This document shows, one piece after another, positions 26,451 through 35,482 of a stretch of 64,000 bases of DNA. The DNA is from an uncultured Candidatus Saccharibacteria bacterium (GTDB lineage Bacteria; Patescibacteriota; UBA1384; DTJR01), in contig CAZAOT010000001.1 of assembly GCA_964487045.1 (NCBI GenBank), forward strand, positions 215,863 through 279,862, in the 5' to 3' direction. How positions within the stretch are numbered: the stretch's first letter is position 1; each line of letters starts with the position of its first letter. A program made the translations under genes and the position numbers. The notes below the pieces were generated by a model. It made no database searches. It was not told the origin of the DNA and saw only the letters and a program-made list of their open reading frames with translations.

Positions 26451-28289
26451 ATGTGCGGAATTGTTGGTTATATTGGCACGAATAATGGTGTCGAAGCGAT
26501 TGTTGATGGACTCAAGAGGCTCGAGTATCGCGGCTATGACTCGTGGGGAATTGCGGCCAAAAAAGATGGAAAGATTTTAATACACAAACAAGTTGGCAAA
26601 ATTGGAGGATTTGATTTAAAAAAAGATTTACCTAAATTCGATGGACAGCTCTGTATTGGTCACACCCGCTGGGCGACTCATGGCGGCGTAACTCGTGAGA
26701 ACTCTCACCCTCATGTATCTTGCGACGGTAGGATTGTTGTAGTTCACAATGGCATTGTCGAAAACTATCAGGAGCTCAAGGCTGAGCTTACGAAAAAGGG
26801 TCATGTTTTCAAATCCCAGACTGACACTGAAGTCATTGCTCACTTAATTGAGCAAGAGCTATCCGCCTTCGCCAAGGCTTCGGCAGGATCGTCCGGGTCG
26901 TCTAAAGCCGACTCGGCGAAAAGATTAGTCGATGCTGTCAGAAGAGCTTTAAAAAAGATCGAAGGAAGTTATGCTCTTGGCGTTTTAGATCGTGAAACAG
27001 ATACTTTAATCGGAACTCGTCTGGCTAGTCCGCTTATTTTAGGAATCGGAAAAAATGAATTTTTTCTTGGCTCCGATGTACCAGCGTTTCTCAAATATAC
27101 TAATCAAGTGGTATTTCTTGACGAAGGCGAGATGGCTGTAATGAAGAAAGATGCTCTTGGCGCATCGACCTATGAGCTTCTAGAAGTTGCCTCTGGCAAA
27201 AAACTTAAGCCAAAAGTGGTCAAAATTGCCTGGTCTAGTGAAGAAGCAGAAAAGGGCGGGCACCCTCATTTTATGATCAAAGAAATGCTTGAGCAGCCAC
27301 AAGTTATCAGAAAAACTGCCGGCACCGAAAAAGAAGAACTCGAAAAAGCAGCAGCGCTAATTAACAAAGCAAAAAGGGTTTTTGTCGTTGCTTGTGGAAC
27401 GGCCCTACATGCTGGTCTATACGGATCGTATTTGCTCGCTAAGAGAAATAATATTATGGTTGAGCCAATCTCAGCAGGAGAGCTTTCATATTTTTCTCAT
27501 TTATTCAAAAAAGGCGATTTGGTCATAACCGTATCGCAGTCCGGAGAAACAGCCGATGTTTTGGAAGCGGTTCGCTCTGCTCACAAAGCTGGTGCAAAAG
27601 TTTTGGCTTTGGTAAATGTACTTGGCTCCTCGCTCATGCGCTTAGCCAATCGCTCCATTCTTACTAAAGCTGGCTCTGAAATTTGCGTGCTTTCAACCAA
27701 AGCTTATATCTCGCAACAAGCGATGTTTGCGATGCTATCAGGAACGCTTTCGGGCAAAACTGCTTCAGCAAAAAAAGAACTTGAACTAGTCGCTAAAGAC
27801 ATGGAGAAGATTCTTAGCAAAAAAAGCTTAGAAAAAATCAAACTTTCCAGCAAGAAACTTGCTAAAGTCCCTAATCTCTATGCTCTTGGCCGCTCGATCA
27901 ACTATGCAAACTCTCTTGAGAGCTGTCTAAAAATCAAAGAAGTTTCATATATCCATGCCGAGGGTTTTGCCGGCGGTGACCTCAAGCATGGACCAATTTC
28001 ACTTATCGAAAAAGGAGTGCCAGTTTTGATCTTTGTCTCTCCGGACTCGACCGAGAAAGAAATTATTTCAAACGCGATGGAGGTAAAGGCCAGAGGCGCT
28101 CACGTAATCGGCATCTCGCCAACAAATAACTCTGTGTTTGATGAGTATTTTCCAGTCGCAGATCTTGGTGATCTGACTCCAATTTCAGCAATCGTTTACG
28201 CTCAGCTCATGGCTTATTATATTGCCTTAGAGAAGAAACTCGATCCTGACAAGCCAAGAAATTTGGCTAAGTCGGTTACGGTCAAATAA
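26451..28289 (+). CDS. glmS: glutamine--fructose-6-phosphate aminotransferase
   Basis: MCGIVGYIG N-terminal Cys and two SIS domains. Ends with ...VTVK. Confidence 0.9.
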   Translation: MCGIVGYIGTNNGVEAIVDGLKRLEYRGYDSWGIAAKKDGKILIHKQVGKIGGFDLKKDLPKFDGQLCIGHTRWATHGGVTRENSHPHVSCDGRIVVVHNGIVENYQELKAELTKKGHVFKSQTDTEVIAHLIEQELSAFAKASAGSSGSSKADSAKRLVDAVRRALKKIEGSYALGVLDRETDTLIGTRLASPLILGIGKNEFFLGSDVPAFLKYTNQVVFLDEGEMAVMKKDALGASTYELLEVASGKKLKPKVVKIAWSSEEAEKGGHPHFMIKEMLEQPQVIRKTAGTEKEELEKAAALINKAKRVFVVACGTALHAGLYGSYLLAKRNNIMVEPISAGELSYFSHLFKKGDLVITVSQSGETADVLEAVRSAHKAGAKVLALVNVLGSSLMRLANRSILTKAGSEICVLSTKAYISQQAMFAMLSGTLSGKTASAKKELELVAKDMEKILSKKSLEKIKLSSKKLAKVPNLYALGRSINYANSLESCLKIKEVSYIHAEGFAGGDLKHGPISLIEKGVPVLIFVSPDSTEKEIISNAMEVKARGAHVIGISPTNNSVFDEYFPVADLGDLTPISAIVYAQLMAYYIALEKKLDPDKPRNLAKSVTVK

Positions 28290-28299
28290 TTAATTTTTT

Positions 28300-28632
28300 T
28301 GCGAGCAGTAGCTCGCGCTTATGTGAAAACCGGGGGGACACTCTTGATTGTGAAACATCCACTTTTTGAGTACCACCTCAAAAAGCCCTAGGTTTTCAAC
28401 GCTTTCCTCACCCTCGCAATGCCCTTGGTGAAGCTATCTTTGTTGAAACTTCCGGAATTTATTCAGTTTACGTTCAGACTTACGTCTTCATATTCAACTG
28501 ATATGCAGTTCCAACTTTCAACTTCAGAGAGCATCTATTAATTCATAGGCTCGAAGCTCGCTTTTTCGCCTATGAATTGGAGGGATTTATTAATGCCACA
28601 GAATTGACAAAACAGCACTTTTGTGCTATATT
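28300..28632 (+). repeat. copy 1 of the recurrent structured element, with a TTGACA-17-TATATT promoter at its 3' end
   Basis: Shares conserved blocks with the copies at 52555, 37131(-), 42381(-) and 22335(-). It carries two expanded hairpin inserts. Confidence 0.7.
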
Positions 28633-28736
28633 GTCAGGTTCGTAAATTGAAATTTACTTAGAGGTAGGTTCCTGGAGCTTTATCCAGAAATCCTGCTTCT
28701 AAGCAGGTATTCTCCAGCCGCTTAGTCGGCTGGGAG

Positions 28737-29261
28737 GTGATTGATTTGTCGAAGCAAGAACGGACAACCGGACTCGTTGTTGTAGCAGCGGTCGTAGGGA
28801 TCTGGATCCTTAGCCGCATCGTCGGCGATGGCTTCGGCGAGACGTTCTGCGAGATCTTGGCCGTGAGCGCCGGCGCCCTGGTCTGTACCATACTGGCATC
28901 TGCGCTGCTGACGAAGCCGGATGGGAAGATGCCGGAGGAGAGTGCTATCATCGGGCTCTTCATGATCTTCTTTGTCCTGCTGGCTATCCCGCACTTCAGT
29001 GTCTCGGCCAAGCTTGCGTCGAGCAAGTGGCAGATGAAGATCGCGGTGGCCCACGACTATGACAAAGCAGGGATCAAAGAGGCGCTCACCCAGCGTGACG
29101 AGACGCTCCGGCGCTCGAGTGCTTACATGATCGGTGACGGCTGGAAGTATGACCGTCACACCCACTACTTCAACCGGGGCTGGAACCTGTATCTCTGGGT
29201 TCCGTTCTCCGGATACCGGCGCAAGCCGGTCACGACCAACGGCCTGGGGACTAGTCCCTAG
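28737..29261 (+). CDS. GC-rich cassette F: hypothetical integral membrane protein (3-4 TM)
   Basis: GC-rich ORF with a structured ~100-nt leader and a GGGAGG SD. The start could be the GTG at 28737 or the TTG at 28746. Confidence 0.5.
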   Translation: MIDLSKQERTTGLVVVAAVVGIWILSRIVGDGFGETFCEILAVSAGALVCTILASALLTKPDGKMPEESAIIGLFMIFFVLLAIPHFSVSAKLASSKWQMKIAVAHDYDKAGIKEALTQRDETLRRSSAYMIGDGWKYDRHTHYFNRGWNLYLWVPFSGYRRKPVTTNGLGTSP

Positions 29262-29317
29262 GCCGTTTTTGATTGAAAAAAATCAAATTATAAGGTATAA
29301 TTTCGATGTTTGATGAT

Positions 29318-29394
29318 GGGCGACTAGCTCAGTTGGTTAGAGCGACTCGTTTACACCGAGTAGGTCAGGGGTTCGAATCCCTTGTCGCCCACCA
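29318..29394 (+). tRNA. tRNA-Val (TAC)
   Basis: Acceptor GGGCGAC/GTCGCCC, anticodon loop TTTACAC, T-loop TTCGAAT, CCA. Confidence 0.85.
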
Positions 29395-29426
29395 CAATAT
29401 TTTTAAACTAGTGATATAATTAAAAT

Positions 29427-30101
29427 ATGACATACCCCATTAGTTTAAAAAATAAAGCGTTTGAGTTTAGATTGAGAGGATTAAGTTACAACACGATTTC
29501 TACTCGTCTAAAGGTGCCCAAAAGTACCTTGTGCTCATGGCTCAAAGAAAATCTAGATTCAGCAAAAATAAAAGAACAGAACATTGAAAAAACGAGAAAA
29601 ATTTGGTCTACAAATATCTCATCATTTAATTCTGCTAGAGCGAAGCGTTACAAAACTGAAGTTGCATCTGAAATCAGAGCAAATTCAAAGACTTTGCCTA
29701 AACTCAATTCTGATAATCTTTTCTGGATCGGGATAGGACTTTTTATGGCAGAAGGTAGTAAAAAAGAGAAATGGTCGATTAAATTTACAAACTCTGATCC
29801 TTTGATAATTAGATTAATAATGAGATTTTTTAGAGAAATTTGCAACGTTCCCGAGGATAAATTTAGGCCGTTGGTTTTTATACATAATAATTGTGATGAA
29901 GCCGAATCATTGAAATATTGGTCAGGAATTGCTAAAGTTCCAGAAGAGCAGTTCTGGAAGTCACAGATCATACGATCAAAGAGTAGCTTGGGCCGGAGAC
30001 CGGTCGATAGGTTGCCTTATGGAACTTTGCGGATCGCTATTCCTGACACAAGATTGAATAGAAAAATTTATGGTTGGATGCTTGGCTTGAGCAAATATTA
30101 A
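29427..30101 (+). CDS. homing-endonuclease-like protein (single LAGLIDADG-like motif IGIGLFMAEGS)
   Basis: It lies 33 bp after tRNA-Val and 0 bp before tRNA-Phe. Confidence 0.55.
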   Translation: MTYPISLKNKAFEFRLRGLSYNTISTRLKVPKSTLCSWLKENLDSAKIKEQNIEKTRKIWSTNISSFNSARAKRYKTEVASEIRANSKTLPKLNSDNLFWIGIGLFMAEGSKKEKWSIKFTNSDPLIIRLIMRFFREICNVPEDKFRPLVFIHNNCDEAESLKYWSGIAKVPEEQFWKSQIIRSKSSLGRRPVDRLPYGTLRIAIPDTRLNRKIYGWMLGLSKY

Positions 30102-30176
30102 GCCGAGGTAGCTCAGTGGTAGAGCACCGGTCTGAAAAACCGGGTGTCGGCAGTCCGATCCTGCCCCTCGGCACCA
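30102..30176 (+). tRNA. tRNA-Phe (GAA)
   Basis: Acceptor GCCGAGG/CCTCGGC, anticodon loop CTGAAAA, CCA. The T-loop is atypical (TCCGATC). Confidence 0.75.
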
Positions 30177-30299
30177 AACTTCCCTCCAGTAGGAGTTACG
30201 CTTGGCAAGCCACCTATATCAACTAAGATCACCCTTTTCAGGAAGCAATTAAAAATGCGGTTTTCGGGCGGAACGAAAACCTAATCCATAATACAAAGT

Positions 30300-30707
30300 A
30301 TGATCAACTTCAAAGAATTTTTTACCTATAACCATCTCTTTACGCCGACTAACGAGCCGATGCACTACGTGCTTTATTTTTTTAGCCTTTTAGGGATTTG
30401 CCTTCTTATTTCGATTTATCTATATTTTATAGCCAAGAAAAAGCCAATTAAGTTCCAGAAAAATTTTTATCGAAGAGTCGCGGACTCACTATTTTATCTG
30501 CCAGTTCTGATGATTTTGTATCTTTTTATCAGGCGCGGAGGTCTGCAAATTGCCTCCCAGCGGATCATTTTCCTTAGTATGCTGGTTTTATGGTTGATTT
30601 GGCTCGGATTTTTGTTATACTATCGCTTAGCTGTTATTTCGAGATTATATCTTGAGTACAGCAAAAAAAAGAGAGAAGAAAGGTATCTAAAAAATGGTAA
30701 AAACTAA
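30300..30707 (+). CDS. small hypothetical integral membrane protein
   Basis: 135 aa with 3 hydrophobic helices. Confidence 0.45.
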   Translation: MINFKEFFTYNHLFTPTNEPMHYVLYFFSLLGICLLISIYLYFIAKKKPIKFQKNFYRRVADSLFYLPVLMILYLFIRRGGLQIASQRIIFLSMLVLWLIWLGFLLYYRLAVISRLYLEYSKKKREERYLKNGKN

Positions 30708-31773
30708 TACGGCGATTGAAGTTCAGTCATCTATGGACGAACTGGTTGCAGAGGTTGGGGACAAGCTAGTCCCGTTTGGTATTGGAGACTCGGTAGAATG
30801 TAAGGTTTTGCAGACAGCATCACACAGAATTTTGTGTGATGTTATGGGTTTAACTTGCGGTTTTGTGCCGGAGAAAGAATTTTCTTTTGACACTAAAGAC
30901 CTAAAGCCTGGAGATAAAGTTGTTGGTTCGGTTATGTCGATGGAAGGCAAGGACGGAATGATCGTTCTTTCACTTAGACGTGCCGACAGGGACAAGCTTT
31001 GGGACACTTTGCGAGAAAAAATGGAGAATCACTCCACTCTATCAGTAAGAGTTGCTTCTGCTAACAGAGGCGGTTTGATGGTAGATGCTGGAGGGTTAAC
31101 TGGATTCTTACCAGTTTCACAGCTGTCAGTAGATCACTATCCACGAGTTGATGGTGGAGATTCAGGTCAGATTCTCTACAAATTAAAAAAATTAGTCGGC
31201 GAGCCATTATCAGTTAAGATAATTGCCGTTGATAAAAATGAAGAGAAGCTAATCTTCTCCGAAAAAGAAGCAGTTTCAGATGCTCTCGGTGGAGTTGAAA
31301 GCTTGTTCGAAGTTGGCGAAGTTGTTGAGGGTATTATTTCAGGAATTGCTCCTTTTGGACTTTTCGTCAATCTTAAGTCGATCGAAGGTTTGATCCACAT
31401 TTCAGAAGTTTCATGGGATCATGTCTCAGACTTAAACAAAGAATTCAAAGTTAGCCAAAAAGTCAAAGCTAAGGTTGTGAAAATCGAAAACGGAAAGGTA
31501 TCACTTTCGATCAAGCGCTTAAGTGAAGATCCATGGCTAGGGCAGATGAAGAAGCTAAAAGTTGGCCAAAAACTCGAAGGTGAAGTTGGTAAGGTAACCG
31601 CTTATGGTGCATTTATCAAGCTACCTGATGGTTTAGAAGGTCTTGTTCACGCTGGCACACAAGGTGGCGATCCAGCTAAGGTGAAAGAGCTAAAAGCAGG
31701 CGAAAAAAAGGAATTCGAAGTCATCGAACTAAAGCCAGAATCAAGAAGGATTGGACTAAGGCTACTCGATTGA
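30694..31773 (+). CDS. rpsA: S1 RNA-binding-domain protein with four S1 repeats (ribosomal protein S1-like)
   Basis: Repeated S1-like blocks (GxV..I...G.FV.L..G..GL.H.S). Confidence 0.65.
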   Translation: MVKTNTAIEVQSSMDELVAEVGDKLVPFGIGDSVECKVLQTASHRILCDVMGLTCGFVPEKEFSFDTKDLKPGDKVVGSVMSMEGKDGMIVLSLRRADRDKLWDTLREKMENHSTLSVRVASANRGGLMVDAGGLTGFLPVSQLSVDHYPRVDGGDSGQILYKLKKLVGEPLSVKIIAVDKNEEKLIFSEKEAVSDALGGVESLFEVGEVVEGIISGIAPFGLFVNLKSIEGLIHISEVSWDHVSDLNKEFKVSQKVKAKVVKIENGKVSLSIKRLSEDPWLGQMKKLKVGQKLEGEVGKVTAYGAFIKLPDGLEGLVHAGTQGGDPAKVKELKAGEKKEFEVIELKPESRRIGLRLLD

Positions 31774-31908
31774 TCACAGCCCCGACCGGTATTGTACCGA
31801 TGGGGCTGGATCAACCCAGCTTCGATAAGTTCGTCTTAAAGATTACCAGCACTAGTATTCGGACATAACAAGCGGTAAAATTTTTGTAATTCAGCTAAGG
31901 AGGCTGGG

Positions 31909-31937
31909 TTGACAAAACGGCTTAGATAAGCTATAAT
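31909..31937 (+). promoter_or_regulatory. consensus sigma70 promoter (TTGACA-17-TATAAT) for cassette G, followed by a 15-bp perfect leader hairpin (31950-31987)
   Basis: Read directly from the sequence. Confidence 0.6.
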
Positions 31938-32034
31938 CTAGTATTTCATAAACGCACGGCTCTGGAGTAATTCAGAGCCGTGCGTTTATAAGAAACCACC
32001 TGCTCTTTGAGAGTTAGGTTAAGGAGGAACGGCC

Positions 32035-33717
32035 GTGGGCAAGCTGTGGCTGGCTCTTGTATTGCTTGTTGTTGTCTCGATGTCGTTTGCTGCTCAAGAC
32101 TTCGCAGTCGAGTGGCATGTCCACTCGAGCACCTTCTCGGACGGTACTCGCACCCCGCTACAACTCGTGCTCGATTCGCTTTGCCAAGTGGTGGTCTTCT
32201 CAGATCACCTCGACGGCATAGCAGCAAAGGGGGCGAAGCTCTACCTCGACACCATCAGAAGGTTGTCGGGTACAGCTGGGACGCTGGCTATTCCTGCGGT
32301 CGAAGTGACTTGTGGTAAACTTGAGAGCTCATATGATGTGATTGCTCTTGGCCTGAACGAAGAATCGCTTGACGAGCTGATTTCGCTTTATCAGAGAGGG
32401 GCTTTCAACTACTCCGAGCAAGGGCTACCTGCCCTTAAGGCGGTTGCAAACCGCTACAACTTGATCCTCATCGCTGCCCATCCGGACAGTAAGGACACCC
32501 TGCTTGGCAAGGGCATCCCTTTCCATCTCAACGAGAACGCCAAGTATGTCGACGGGTTTGAGATGTTCGATTCGAACCACATCGGTTTTGACGCGGACAA
32601 ATTTCCCGAAAACTGCCTGCCGTTCTACAGGCACTTTGACCGGCTAACGCTCACAGCTGGCAGCGACTTTCATTTCCTGATTCACGGCTCATTGCCAACC
32701 GAGTCTTGGCGTGAAGCGCCAATGACCCGGGTCATCCTCGACGACGACGCCTCGCTCACCGAAGAGTCGATCACTGACTCAATCCGGCGTGGCCGAACTT
32801 ACGTCTCGAGTCTGCGCAGCGCTCGGCTAGTCGAAGCGAGTGCGATGCCCGGCGGAGTGTGGAAGCTCGCCGAGCCGCTCTATATGGCTTGCCGAGGAGT
32901 AGAGGAAGGCGATTTTCTCTACGACAAGGTCAATGTGATTGCGGTCACCGGGAAGACGTGGCACAAGCGGAGCTTTCAACCTCGCTTTGATGGTGACAAG
33001 TTGGTGCTGAAGATCTCGGCTGATCAGTTTCCCCCTGGCATCAAGAGTCTGAACGTAGACTTCTGCGGGCGGATCCTCACCTCGACGATTCTCACCGCGC
33101 CGGCGCCAACTGCTCCGGTGCAGTCATCGCCTGTCGCTTCCGCACCCTCGCCGGTCCAGCCGACCCCTCAACCCGCACCTCAGCCTGCCGCCACATCCTC
33201 ACCAAACGCTAATGTCGATCCGAAGTACGGCATCAATCTTGCGGCGTATAAGTACCGCTTCCGCGGTACACAGGGGAATGTCTTTGGCAACACGAACGAG
33301 TATCTGGTCGTCTTTAATGACGACCTCAAGGGTAAAGTCTGGCATCAATTCGTGGCAGAATTTCCGCCGATTGTTCTCGACGTACAGCTCGAGATGAAAA
33401 GCGACGGCCACGCCCAATGTGTAGAGCTGTTCGACTTTGAACAGACCGCGAACGCCTGGCTTCCCAACCGTGCCCGGGATCCTCGCAAGACCGACCCATA
33501 CCTTGATGAACTGAGGTGTTGGAGTGAAGGTGACTGGGATCTGATCCCCAAAGGGAAGGCGCGTTTGAGAGTCAGCATTGATCCCAAGAGCCTCATGGCG
33601 TCGCACTGCGACACGTCGGGGCTTGCCTATACGATCAAGTCGATCCCTGCCTGGGCCTACGCGTTCAATCGGGGGTTTAACTACTACTATGACCAGGTTT
33701 TCCTAAAGCGTTTCTAG
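32035..33717 (+). CDS. GC-rich cassette G: secreted PHP-domain phosphoesterase with a Pro/Ala-rich linker and a C-terminal domain
   Basis: GTG start with AAGGAGG 7 nt upstream, then a signal peptide. PHP motifs HVHSSTFSDG, AAHP and SDFH are present. A strong terminator lies at 33745-33781. Confidence 0.6.
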   Translation: MGKLWLALVLLVVVSMSFAAQDFAVEWHVHSSTFSDGTRTPLQLVLDSLCQVVVFSDHLDGIAAKGAKLYLDTIRRLSGTAGTLAIPAVEVTCGKLESSYDVIALGLNEESLDELISLYQRGAFNYSEQGLPALKAVANRYNLILIAAHPDSKDTLLGKGIPFHLNENAKYVDGFEMFDSNHIGFDADKFPENCLPFYRHFDRLTLTAGSDFHFLIHGSLPTESWREAPMTRVILDDDASLTEESITDSIRRGRTYVSSLRSARLVEASAMPGGVWKLAEPLYMACRGVEEGDFLYDKVNVIAVTGKTWHKRSFQPRFDGDKLVLKISADQFPPGIKSLNVDFCGRILTSTILTAPAPTAPVQSSPVASAPSPVQPTPQPAPQPAATSSPNANVDPKYGINLAAYKYRFRGTQGNVFGNTNEYLVVFNDDLKGKVWHQFVAEFPPIVLDVQLEMKSDGHAQCVELFDFEQTANAWLPNRARDPRKTDPYLDELRCWSEGDWDLIPKGKARLRVSIDPKSLMASHCDTSGLAYTIKSIPAWAYAFNRGFNYYYDQVFLKRF

Positions 33718-33744
33718 CGCGTAGGGAGATCGAGGTTTGTTTTC

Positions 33745-33781
33745 ACGCCCAGCCGGGTTGTTTCCTGGCTGGGCGTTTTTC
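33745..33781 (+). terminator. intrinsic terminator (acgcccagccgg...ctggctgggcgt + TTTTT)
   Basis: Read directly from the sequence. Confidence 0.7.
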
Positions 33782-33972
33782 TTGAACAAATGTCTTTGTT
33801 CTGTTAAGATCGTGTAATAAATAAAGTAATATCCCGTCACTTTTCAACCTCTCGCAATATTCTCAATCTGAGAAATTTGCGGTCCCCTGTCAAACGGGTC
33901 AAGTAGGTTTCCAAAGTGAGGGACTTCCGGTCCAGCCCTTCGTGAAGAGCTGGACACGGAGCGGGAGTAAAC

Positions 33973-34449
33973 ATGCAGATTTCTAAAGCAAAAGATGGAC
34001 TCATTGAGATAAAAACCAAGTCAGCGATAATTCTGATCGATCATAAAATTATTATAAACGACGTCTCCTTGGAGGGCGCTGGGGAGTACGAAATTGGTGG
34101 GATTTCGATCGAAGGAATTGACGATAATATTTATATTTGCCAAGGCGAAGATATCAATTTTGCAATGGTTAATTTCATCGAAAAAATTTCCAAAGAATCG
34201 ATCGAAAAATTATCAAGCGTATCGCTACTTTTTGCAAGAGTTGATCAAAATGTTGATGCGGCAATTGAGCAGATCAGTCAAATTGAACCAAATCTTTGCG
34301 TTTATATTGGAGACGAACCTTCATATCAAAAAATAAAATCGGCCAGTATTGATGTCGATAAAACAGAAACTCTCAAAGTAAGTAAAAAAGATCTAGATGA
34401 GGCGGAGGGCTCATACTTTCTTGAAATAAACGATGCATCAAGCAAGTAA
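33973..34449 (+). CDS. hypothetical protein of 158 aa
   Basis: Backbone composition. It is preceded by a ~180-nt GC-richer structured leader. Confidence 0.45.
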   Translation: MQISKAKDGLIEIKTKSAIILIDHKIIINDVSLEGAGEYEIGGISIEGIDDNIYICQGEDINFAMVNFIEKISKESIEKLSSVSLLFARVDQNVDAAIEQISQIEPNLCVYIGDEPSYQKIKSASIDVDKTETLKVSKKDLDEAEGSYFLEINDASSK

Positions 34450-35377
34450 AGTCAAAGCATTTCTCGACAATAGTCAAAATATTTTAATTCTTCTGCATCA
34501 GTCACCTGACGGAGATACTATCTCTTCGTCGCTTGCGCTCGCTGCTTATTTCAGGCGAATTGGTAAGAAGGTTGATCTCGCTGTTAATGATGAAATTCCG
34601 AAGATTTTTGAGTTTCTCTTGAGCGAAGATGAGATCAAAAAAGACTTTCTTCTAGGTGACTATGATCTAGTCTTCGCCATAGACTGCGGCGATGCTCTAA
34701 GGACTGGTTTCCCGGCAAGGCTCGAGTCAATGTCTAAGGCAAAGCCACTTATAAATATCGACCATCACTTTAGAAATAATCTTCATAAAATAGCAACTCT
34801 AAATATTGTAGACGAAACGGCCTCCGCTACTGCTGAAATAATTTTTGAAATTCTGCTTGAGCTAGGAGCCAAGATAGACTCCAAAGTAGCAACTTATATT
34901 TTGGCCGGAATTTATTATGATACCGGGGGTTTTCAACATTCAAATGTAACTGGTCGTACACTCGGGATAGTTTCGGAATGTATCCGCTATGGTGGAAGAA
35001 TCAGCCTGGTGAGTCAAAATATTTCTTTAAATAAAAAAACTGCCGGTCTTAGACTTTGGGGCTTGGCTCTTAGAAGGATGATTGCCAAGAAAAACGGAAT
35101 TGTCTTTACCTACCTATCGAGCGAAGATCTTTTGGCAGTCGGCGCCGAAGTTGATGATGCCTCTGGCATTGTGAACCTCATAAATTCAGTACCTCAAAGT
35201 AGGGTCGCACTCTTGTTAATCGAGACTCCAGATGGTAAAATCAAAGCTAGCTTGCGAACCGAGGAAGACAGAGTGGATGTGTCTAAGATCGCTCGAATTT
35301 TTGGCGGAGGTGGTCATCGAAAAGCAGCCGGTTTCACCTTCGATGGCAAGCTGAAGAATTTGATCGCAAAAATATAA
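34433..35377 (+). CDS. nrnA: DHH-family phosphoesterase (NrnA-like oligoribonuclease/pAp phosphatase)
   Basis: DHH motifs: HQSPDGDT...NIDHH...GGGH. Confidence 0.75.
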   Translation: MHQASKVKAFLDNSQNILILLHQSPDGDTISSSLALAAYFRRIGKKVDLAVNDEIPKIFEFLLSEDEIKKDFLLGDYDLVFAIDCGDALRTGFPARLESMSKAKPLINIDHHFRNNLHKIATLNIVDETASATAEIIFEILLELGAKIDSKVATYILAGIYYDTGGFQHSNVTGRTLGIVSECIRYGGRISLVSQNISLNKKTAGLRLWGLALRRMIAKKNGIVFTYLSSEDLLAVGAEVDDASGIVNLINSVPQSRVALLLIETPDGKIKASLRTEEDRVDVSKIARIFGGGGHRKAAGFTFDGKLKNLIAKI

Positions 35378-35382
35378 CAAAT

Positions 35383-35470
35383 GGCGCGGTGTCGTAATCG
35401 GTAGCCGAGGCAGACTTAAAATCTGTTGGTCCTAAAGACCGTGTGGGTTCGAGTCCCACCCGCGCCACCA
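35383..35470 (+). tRNA. tRNA-Leu (TAA), type II
   Basis: Acceptor GGCGCGG/CCGCGCC, anticodon loop CTTAAAA, long variable arm, T-loop TTCGAGT, CCA. Confidence 0.8.
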
Positions 35471-35482
35471 TAGGGAGGATTT

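Noticed and set aside
28296-28640. Repeated element as a known RNA (rRNA fragment, RNase P, tmRNA, 6S, T-box, rrn boxA leader)
   Set aside because: I compared it against consensus features I can recall. It has no tRNA-like 3' end, no RNase P P4 sequences, no T-box motif, and only a weak boxA-like gctcttt..ttgttgaa. It is kept as an unknown structured element.
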